Positions 1 to 7,846 of a DNA stretch of 8,494 bases are shown piece after piece. The notes beneath the pieces are model-generated. The model made no database searches and had not been told where the DNA came from. It saw only the letters and a program-made list of their open reading frames with translations. Origin of the DNA: Selaginella moellendorffii (Eukaryota; Plantae; Lycopodiophyta); assembly GCF_000143415.4 (NCBI RefSeq), contig NW_003314337.1:26213-34706 (forward strand). The letters run 5' to 3'. A program made the translations under genes and the position numbers. The number at the start of each line of letters is the position of its first letter. Positions within the stretch are counted from its first letter, which is position 1.

Positions 1-174
1 TATGATCTTATCTTCCCAAACATTCGCATCATTATCTAATTGCATTATTTTCCATTTCTCTGGAGATGAATAGTTGCAAAATTAAGATAAATTTAACCTT
101 GCATACAATCAAAATTTATAACATTGAACAATTAAAAATGAAGATCTATTTATCTTGGGTATGATATATCTCCC
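1..174 (+). repeat. Helitron subterminal repeat copy A (truncated at the start of the 3' hairpin)
   Basis: Aligns by eye with 1200-1369 (cattt..tggagatgaata..agataaatttaac..ttatcttgggtatg.tatatctccc) and with 2375-2450. Similarity stops at 'tatatctccc', the first arm of the hairpin. Confidence 0.75.
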
Positions 175-489
175 TGAAAATATTTCAGCATACTCATTGT
201 TCTATAGAACAAAACCTTTACAGAACAAAGAGTATTTTATTGATTCAATACTATATTATTAAAATTAAACATAATTTTGTTGTGCAAAGATGGTATATAG
301 TAGATACAATAGAAAATACAGTACAAGACTAGAATAGAAGACTTCACTCAACAAAGAGAATTTTAAATATAAACTACTCATTGCTATCTCTTATGGCTTG
401 ACATCCAGATGATAAATATTCCAAACCATCTTCAGTTCCACCAACTAATAAATCATAATGATATAACAAATGCACGATACAATGAATAT

Positions 490-588
490 AGATGGTAGTA
501 AATTCTTGACAAATTAACCTTGTATGCATTTAAAATAGTAAGTTTGCCAACCAAGATACATTCCCAGCAGAGCTGGGATCCTTGCTAT
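490..588 (+). repeat. Divergent Helitron 3'-end copy D (hairpin plus degenerate CTAT)
   Basis: Perfect 7-bp hairpin TCCCAGC-AGA-GCTGGGA (562-578), then tccttg and CTAT (585-588). The upstream 'agatg..aaatt..gacaaattaaccttgtatgc' resembles copies A and B. Confidence 0.6.
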
Positions 589-1199
589 GGCAAGAGAGCA
601 CGGGTCTTAGGAGAGTGATGGTTATAAGCTTTCATTCATGAGGGTGTAAACTTACAAAAGAAGTATGGTGGATTATATGCAACAAAAAAGAATAATTTGA
701 AAGATGATATATATAAAATTAAATATAAAGGGAAAGGATTTTTAAATAAAAGTGCACATTTTATTCCAATTGGTTAAGGGTATTAGGATACTCGGGGGGT
801 TTAATATCTTAGGGTTAGAGTAGGATGACCTCCCAAAATGTTGAAATTCCAGAGTTTTCTCAAATAAAACAAAACGTGGTAGCAAGCTAGATAGATTTAT
901 TTATGTATGTTTTAAAATGTTAAACCAGACATATAATAGAAATTCTATTTTTATTTAGTAAAGTGTGAATGTTAGAGGCATCATTATAGTTCACATAAAA
1001 AGAATTTAACTCAGTATGCAATTAAAATTATAATTTCTCTAAACTAATCTATTATTTTTTGGTAGTCTATGATTCTTTGGTTTTGTGAAAATTTAATTGC
1101 TTTTAAAGCATGACAGCAATGCTGTAGATGTATTTAGGGTTGTGCATTTTTAAATAAAGACAATAAAAACATCAAATTCAAATTTAATGACAATAAAAA

Positions 1200-1392
1200 A
1201 TGATTTTACTTCCCCAACATGCATTATTATTTATTTACATTATTGTACATTTCTTTGGAGATGAATACTAGGAAATTTTAGATAAATTTAACTTTATATA
1301 TAATAAAATTTTCTAATATTGTAAAATTAGAAAAGAAGAATTAATTATCTTGGGTATGTTATATCTCCCAGTGGAGCTGGGGTCTCTGCTAA
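1200..1392 (+). repeat. Helitron 3'-end copy B (hairpin plus CTAA)
   Basis: CCCAGT-GGA-GCTGGG hairpin (1367-1381), spacer gtctctg, CTAA (1389-1392, fits CTRR). About 170 bp upstream is similar to 1-174. Confidence 0.75.
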
Positions 1393-1520
1393 GATTATGG
1401 ATTCTGTTATAACTACTGAACTCTGTAATACACTATTATATGATATTTACATAATGTAAGATGGATGTTGTAGAAAATGCTAATCTTGAAGACTGAAATA
1501 CTTAGTCTGAGAGTTCTAAG

Positions 1521-1790
1521 ACCACATATATAGATTAATATATATAATCTAGCAGTGATAATGTTATTATACTCTATTAATTATAGTACCATAAAAAAAT
1601 ATAACAATATTATTATTTAAGTGCTAGATCTATGTTTATAAAATATATTAATATGTCTTATAATCTATGTTTGTTGATAATCATGTTCTCCTTTAGATAG
1701 TTGCTGTGTTTAATAATTTAATTTTAATTTTATGATTGAACTGAAATTTTTTAGATCTTAATAATCTTATAATTTTCTATAATATGTGGT
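1521..1790. mobile_element. Putative non-autonomous TIR element (MITE/MULE-like), about 270 bp, AT-rich
   Basis: Ends are inverted repeats (ACCACATAT-ATAGA... and ...TCTATAATATGTGGT). The element is flanked by the exact direct repeat CTGAGAGTTCTAAG at 1507-1520 and 1791-1804. Confidence 0.5.
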
Positions 1791-2374
1791 CTGAGAGTTC
1801 TAAGCAATTTTCTGGCTCTTCCTCATTTTTTTTCTCTCTTTTGTGTTTGGTAGTATGCTCATCAAACGCATGTGTAGCACTGGTGCAACAAAAAAGAGGA
1901 CACCATCTGCAAGATTTGTCAGCAGGTACATCATCTGTTGTCATGTTTGCTGATTTGCTGATTAAGAATCTTTTCTTTACTTATTATATGTTATCTCTCA
2001 ATTCCATTCTCACTTGGAGGACTTGGGCAGTTACTATTTGATCACTTTCAAATGAATGCCTAGATTAAAACACATGGTAAAAGGGTTGAAATGCTTTTAT
2101 TCATTTTTTGTGACGGTTTTGCCCCATAAAGAGGCACTTGTACAGGAGGAGCTCATTGTTTGTGGATGCAAGGCCACCTGTGTCTTGCTGAAACCAGGAG
2201 CAAAGTTGACTGAAGAGCTCGAGTGATGTCTTCCTTCAAAGGCATCCCAATGGTATGGAGTTGTATGGCATTGAGTCATGTAGAGCTGTGCATGGCCAGA
2301 ATGCCAGTCTTTTGCATTTAAACAATTGATATCAAGAGAAAGAAATTATATCTTATAACAATTGATATAATATC

Positions 2375-2473
2375 ATTTGAACTTGTATATAATCAAAATT
2401 TTTAACATTGTAAAATTAGAAAAGAAGATCTTGGGTATGCTATATCTCCCAGCGGAGCTGGGGTCTCTGCTAG
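2375..2473 (+). mobile_element. Intact Helitron 3' terminus (copy C): GC-rich hairpin plus CTAG
   Basis: CCCAGC(2448-2453)-GGA-GCTGGG(2457-2462), 7-nt spacer, CTAG (2470-2473) followed by T, which is the canonical Helitron 3'-end architecture. The upstream sequence matches copies A and B. Confidence 0.85.
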
Positions 2474-2702
2474 TCAAACTCTTTATTTAAAGTTGCTATT
2501 TTGGCATCGGCGTCACATATTCCATTTTTAGAATATCCATTTTTTCTTATGGCAGATGCTCTTGATTCAACAATCCAGATCTGTGATGCTCCAAAGCAAT
2601 GGTGAGGATTGTGACATGGTGGCAAAGAGCTTGGTTTTAGGTTTAAGAAACGGTTATTATGGCTGTTCACAAGCCACCAGCGACTTGTGAACCTCTAGAT
2701 AT

Positions 2703-3561
2703 TACGCTACAAACCATCTGTGGGTATGCGCCATGGAATTTTTCGGGAGTCTTGACTCTTTTCTTTCATTTGTTGTGATGTCTAGGCCATTTTCTTCTCA
2801 CAAACTTGCTCCTGGACAAAATGATGGAGACTGCCAACGAAAGTGGCATCTAGTGAAGAATTGTCAATCTCTCCTCCACCACACACATCGCCTCTTACAG
2901 TGGTGGAATCCAGTTCTCACATCTTAATGACAAAGCCTGGTACACCAAACGATTTTCTTTTCTCATGAGCTTACATTCTTTCTTTTTTCTTCCAAAAGGT
3001 ACTCCGACACTAGAGCATACAGTCAATCCAAGCTCGTGAACATCCTCCATGCCAAAGAACTGGCAATGAGATTCAAGGTATTTGTCTAATGCTTTGAAAT
3101 CTCTCCCACCTTTCTCTTTCGTCAATGCTTTCTCTTTCGCTGATTATGCCGAAGGAGTTGACATCACAGCCAACGCTGTTCACCCAGGGTTTATAATGTT
3201 GCCTTTGATGTGGCACACATTCTACATAATGAGTTTGTCTGTTTTCGGTTACTTATGGAACTTTGATCTTCATGCAGGGTTTCTCAAGTTCTTCTCCAGC
3301 TTCCTTTGGAAAAATGTGCCACAGGTAAGAAGAATTCTCCCAATTATCTGGAAGTTTTTCATGACTAATACGTGAGTGATCTCTCAGGACGCTGCTACGA
3401 CGTGCTACACGGCTTTACATCCAAGCCTCAAGGACGTCACCGGGCAATACTTCGTGGATTCCAACAAATCCATCTGTAGCGCTTATGGCAGAGATCCCGA
3501 GCTCGCTCACAAGCTATGGACCTTCTCCCAGGAGCTTATAGACAAGCATTCTCCGTCCTAA
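2703..3561 (+). pseudogene. Short-chain dehydrogenase/reductase (Tic32/retinol dehydrogenase-like), 5'-truncated pseudogene fragment
   Basis: Exons: ~2703-2723 (ATNHL), 2786-2939 (GHFLLTNLLLDKM..RIVNLSS), 2999-3077 (YSDTRAYSQSKLVNILHAKELA, YxxxK motif), 3148-3232 (ITANAVHPG), 3278-3324 (LWKNVPQ), 3388-3561 (AATTCYTALHP..stop). Lesions: TAG TGA at 2851-2856, a 2-bp insertion near 2721, and acceptor AT at 3146-3147. The N-terminal Rossmann fold is absent. Confidence 0.92.
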
Positions 3562-3671
3562 AGGTAAAAGGCTGATGGTGCTAGAGAGCGAGCGAGCAAA
3601 CGAGGACAACTCGGCAATGATTTGTGGATAGACTGTATTTACTCTTCTCAAAAGCTTGAGCTCGAGCTTGA

Positions 3672-4511
3672 TCAAAAGTAAGACGCGTTACCTACATTGC
3701 GCATGACTAAAACTTTGGTTCGAGTATGTCGTCCATCGCGTACTTGACACCCTCTCGTTGGATTGCAGAGTCTTTGATCCCACCATATGGCTGGCTATCA
3801 ACGCACATGCTTGGCGAATCGTTGAGGCAAACTCCTCCAGCTTGTGAAGGTCAAATAATCATCAAACAAACGATCAATACTTTATATATCTCAAACGCAA
3901 AGCTACCTCTATGTGCTCAAACGCATAGAAGGCCTTGTTTAGATCATGCATAAACATGCCGGCTTGGAGACCACAATGCGTGTTGTTAGCTTCCTTCACG
4001 GCTTCCTTGAAATCACTGCGTCACCACCAATTTAGTTTAGAGAGAGTAAATAAAAACTTTGTGAGCTAAGAAACTTTGAGAGCCTACTTGTATGAGTAGA
4101 GAAGGATCACAGGACCGAAAATCTCTTCCTTCCTTGCGTCTGTGTCAAAGGGAGCGTCTTCCAGGATCGTTGGCTCCATGAAAGCTCCCCTTAGCTTACC
4201 ACCAACTAGAAGTTTGGCACCTGCCTTCACTGCCTCGTTCACACTCTTCTCTACTATAGCTGCCGACGACTTGGATATCATGGGCCTGATGGACGTGTTG
4301 TCTTGGCGAGGATCTCCACCTTTGATTTTCTTAAAGGCAGCAATCAATGCAGCCTTCACCTACACAACCAGCACCAAATATGTTAGATCAAAGCTTGATT
4401 TGAGAACAAAGAATACGATAGAATTTAAAGACGAGTGTCAGATACCTCCTTGTAAAGGCCACCTCTCACGTAAAGATGCTGCATGTGAATACATGACTGG
4501 CCACTTTGATA
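3672..4511 (-). pseudogene. ALDH21A1: Aldehyde dehydrogenase family 21, C-terminal pseudogene fragment
   Basis: Exons: 4511-4446 (YQSGQSCIHMQ, catalytic Cys at 4493-4491), 4359-4088 (..EPTIL..EEIFGPV), 4015-3907 (EAVKEANNTHCGLQAG), 3841-3672 (RVD-like CVDSQPYGGIKDSAIQREGVKYAMDD..KVLVMRNVG). These match recalled moss ALDH21A1 motifs. Lesions: a 1-bp frameshift near 3720 and acceptor AA at 3843-3842. The 5' half is missing. Confidence 0.9.
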
Positions 4512-4740
4512 TATTGGTGCTTTTGTTATATATGCTAAGTCCACTTACAAGGCTCGACGACTTCCAGACTTACGCGGGGAACAAATCCGCCGGCATCCGC
4601 CTGCGCAGGTGCATTTGGTAGATCGACGTGCTCTGCTCAGAAATGTGACGAGGATTGGGAGTGAAAGGCGAAGAGGCTCTGATGGAGCGCACGACAGGGA
4701 CGACGTCTCGGAGAACGAGGGGATTCACGTTGTCATCGAT

Positions 4741-4869
4741 GACTAGAATCAAGGTTCTTCACTCTCTTGCTCGTCGCTATTCTTTTTCGAGTCTCTGTTT
4801 GTCCCAGGTTCTCGAGGCTGGAACCACGACTAGAATCAAGGTTTTTCACTCTCTTGCTCTTCGCTATTC
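4741..4869 (+). repeat. 42-bp direct repeat pair, each spanning an AAG|GT splice donor
   Basis: 4741-4782 versus 4828-4869: 40/42 identical, offset 87 bp. Confidence 0.9.
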
Positions 4870-4904
4870 AACCGTTTTGATCATGTTTTGGTGGGATCGT
4901 GCAG

Positions 4905-6212
4905 GGACGTACATCTGGAGCAAGCCTGTGATGAAAGGAACGCACCCTTCTCCTCGGGACAGCCACAGCTCCATGGCCGTCGGGTCTAAGCTCTATGGGT
5001 TTGGTGGTACCGATGGAACCAGCCCGCTAGACGATCTCTTTGTTTTGGATACTGGTAAGCGAGTTCTATCGATTTTTTTTTCTTGTTCTTATCTTCCGAT
5101 GCAGCTACCAACACCTGGGGGAAACCCGACGTTTTTGGTGATGTTCCTGCTCCGAGAGAAGGACATAGCGCATCTCTCATCGGTGACAACCTGTTCGTGT
5201 TTGGGGGATGTGGGAAATCCAGCGATCCCTCAGAGGAGGAGCACTACAACGACCTCCATGTTTTGAACACAAGTAATATCCTGTTATCTTTCCTGGTTTT
5301 CTTCTAAACTCTTTTTTTTCCTGTAGATACTTTTGTCTGGAAGAAGATTTCTACCACTGGAGTCTCGCCTATTCCTCGGGATATCCATACCTGCTCTTCC
5401 TATAAGAACTGTTGCGTTGTCATGGGCGGCGAGAATGGTGGTAATGCCTATCTATATGACATTCATATTCTGGACACAGGTACATACATTGTGCTGGTTT
5501 TAAACTTGCGAATTCATTTGTGTTTCCAGAAACAATGGCATGGCGGGAGGTAAAGACGACTGGTGCCGAGCTGATGCCAAGAGCTGGTGAACGCAGAGCG
5601 AGGCATATTATTCTTCTATGGGGGATGTAATGAAGAGCTTGAAGCTCTGAATGACATGTATTTCCTCGACACAGGTTGGCTTCTTCTTTTATTGACATTG
5701 CTGCTGACAATATGGTTGCCATTTTTCTGTGAAAAGATGCTGAGGGAGAAAGATCCATCAGAACCAAAGCTACCCATGCGTAAGGAACTTAAGAGAAGGC
5801 GGCAAGAGTATCGTGCCACGCCATTCGTGCTAGACAAGCAACGGGATGTGGACAAGAGCTTGGTTTCATCTCACGGAGGTATCTGCAGAAAACCTTGGAC
5901 CTCTCCAAATTTTCTCTGTCAAACTCATGCTACAGAGTTTCAAGCTCACGTTCAGCCGCTAGGCGAGAAGATGTTCGAGGCTAGAGTAAGCGACGTATTC
6001 AACTACGGATACACGCTAGAAGCCTCCATCGATGGGAAGCTCTTCCATGGGCTGCTCTTCTCGTACAAGCCTGGCTTTGCTCAGGCAGTGCAATCTTACA
6101 TCCTCAGTTACTCTCTAATGCCAGGAAGGAAAACATCACAGGAGGAAACCACAGGACGTCCAAAAGGCCGTAGTAAAGGCTAACCGAGCAAAAAGAAGTT
6201 CAAAGAAACCAT
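4905..6212 (+). pseudogene. Plant Kelch-repeat (galactose oxidase/Kelch beta-propeller) gene fragment, 5'- and 3'-truncated, with an internal deletion
   Basis: Exons: 4905-5054, 5105-5272, 5327-5479, 5530-5674, ~5735-5878, 5936-~6105. Kelch motifs PSPRDSHS..FGG, PAPREGHS..FGG and PIPRDIHT..MGG, plus the C-terminal FEARV..GYTLEASIDGKLFHGLLFS block typical of At1g18610/At1g74150-like proteins. Frameshifting deletion at ~5588 (PRAG|VNAERG); acceptor AA at 5733-5734. Confidence 0.9.
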
Positions 6213-6239
6213 GGATATCTATACCTGCTCTTCCTATAA
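6213..6239 (+). repeat. 27-bp copy of Kelch exon sequence 5379-5405
   Basis: GGATATCTATACCTGCTCTTCCTATAA versus GGATATCCATACCTGCTCTTCCTATAA, 26/27 identical. Confidence 0.9.
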
Positions 6240-6553
6240 TTATTAAAGTTTCACAAAGTCTTTATTACACAGCCTCACCCTTTCTTTGTTCTTCTGGATT
6301 ATCAGTTGTTTCTTCTTTGTCTACACAATACAAAAGATTGTTTTTTAGTAATGTGCTTTTTTTTGTTAGTTTACCTTCTTTATAATCTTCTGTAAACACG
6401 GACGTGAAAAGGTGATACACTGCTAGAATCCTTCCTAATCGACTCTCTTTTGCAGAGTGGGTGCTAATACATGGTCCCTACTTTACACTTCTATAACGCA
6501 AAAGCTACAGGCTTGCCACAAAGAGGGGTATAAACTGGTGAAGTGCAATGATT

Positions 6554-6986
6554 TCCCTCCTCGGAAACGGTAGTGTGGTTGCTCTAGGATCTGACTGGCC
6601 TGTAAGCCTGTCAAATACTTTTTCTTCTGTGTTACATGAATGGTTTGTCTCAAGGTGGTAGCAGTGAATCCACTTGGAGGAATCCGCACAGCCGTGGAGA
6701 GAACACTTCAGGCTGGAGTCATCCCGAGGAAAGGATTTCTGCATGGGACGTAGTGGCAGGGTAAGAGATAACAGATGAGAAACTGAAATGCAGTTTTTGT
6801 TTCTGGATTCACAGGTACACATCCTCGGCTGTGTATGCAGCTGCATTGGAGGATTTGGTTGGGTCGCTGATGCCAGGAAAGTTTGCTGACTTTGTGGTGT
6901 TGTCTGAGTCTCCTTTTGGACAGGGCACGGGCATTTTTCCTCCAGTGGTTGTGTTCGTTGGTGGAAATTTTGCCTTCCCTTCTTAA
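6554..6986 (+). pseudogene. LAF3: Amidohydrolase (LAF3/YtcJ-like, Amidohydro_3) 3' pseudogene fragment
   Basis: Exons: ~6554-6601 (SLLGNGSVVALGSDWP), 6655-6760 (VVAVNPLGGIRTAVER, frameshift, PEERISAWD), 6815-6986 (YTSSAVYAA..GSLMPGKFADFVVLS..FVGGNFAFPS*). GT-AG introns of 53 and 54 bp. Confidence 0.85.
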
Positions 6987-7029
6987 GGCGTTATTCCATA
7001 ATTATTTGGTCTTTTAAATATAGCATATT

Positions 7030-7350
7030 TGCGAGAAGATTGGTGAGGAGAAAGCAGCCAGAATCATCAAGCAGCTGGTAAAGACCTTCAAAGAGATTTA
7101 TTTGAGGGGCGTGGTTCACCAGAATCTCAAGCTCGACAACATTCTTTCCAAGCTAAACATGCATGACAAGTGGTGATCAGCACCTTTAGGATATATCACA
7201 ACAGCGAAGTACCTGGCAGCTGAGGTGGTGGAGAACAAGGATTGGAGCTCTACATGGCAGCCATCGAAATGTGGGGGCTAGGAGCAATTTTATACAAGAC
7301 GCTGGGAAAGGGAGGATACCAGCCAATGGAAGCATTTGATCTCATGTGAC
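7030..7350 (+). pseudogene. Highly degenerate Ser/Thr protein kinase fragment (CAMK-group-like)
   Basis: EEKAARIIKQL..GVVHQNLKLDNIL (HRDLKxxN equivalent from 7117), TAKYLAAEV (APE equivalent), and after a frameshift EMWGLGAILY (DxWSxGxILY equivalent from ~7266). An in-frame stop is present and the DFG region is missing. Confidence 0.8.
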
Positions 7351-7846
7351 AGAGGACGACCTCTGTTTCGGATCCACGGCCAACATCTTAGAAAGGAGAT
7401 CCTCCGCTGCAAACAAGCAAGGACCAATCAGGTTCAGGTTCGATCAGGTTCTGCAGGTGTGAAAAGGAGTGCTCCCGGCCTTGAGAACAAGAAAGTTTGA
7501 GTGGCTTAAAAGAAAATGCCAGCAGTAAGTTCCTATTTCCTTTTCACCATTACTAACTTCATTTGCTTGCGTTTTTCTTTTTTGTATTCTCCAGACATCA
7601 ACATCTCTTATGTCTATGGCTGGAAAACATTTTCAGTGGCTTCCGAGAACAACTGCAGAATGAAAACAAGTTGGAACGAAAAGGAAAACGAGGGAGTTAA
7701 AATGTAAAGAAAGAATTGTAAAACGTTTATTGATATATAAATAAAGATCAAAGTTGAATCGAGATCTTTCACTAATCATCGAATATATTTAAATGAAAGA
7801 GCCTCATTGATCATTGCCGTAGGTGGCTCTAATTTTATATATATAA

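Noticed and set aside
2170-2225. ATCVLLKPGAKLTEELE resembling the C-terminus of AMP-binding enzymes
   Set aside because: A single short motif with no flanking support.
562-2473. Repeated hairpin as a CRISPR repeat or rho-independent terminator
   Set aside because: Copies are 800-1100 bp apart, lie within longer homologous blocks, lack U-tracts and end in CTRR-like motifs; the context is eukaryotic.
2895-3125. Minus-strand 76-aa ORF and other short ORFs (2733+, 3726+, 4986-, 5420-, 5616-, 6483-, 6505-)
   Set aside because: Off-frame or antisense overlaps of the identified exons.
4142-4621. 159-aa + strand ORF
   Set aside because: Antisense shadow of the ALDH21 exons, with no independent motif.
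4575-4665. Possible B-box zinc-finger remnant (..LC..KCDEDW)
   Set aside because: Requires several frameshifts and too few conserved Cys/His residues are present.
4655-5266. 203-aa ORF as a complete protein
   Set aside because: Only 4905-5054 is in the Kelch frame; the rest is intron read-through and off-frame sequence.
2703-7350. Functional metabolic gene cluster or operon (SDR, ALDH, amidohydrolase, kinase)
   Set aside because: Every gene is truncated and carries stops, frameshifts or broken splice sites, and spliceosomal introns rule out a prokaryotic operon.
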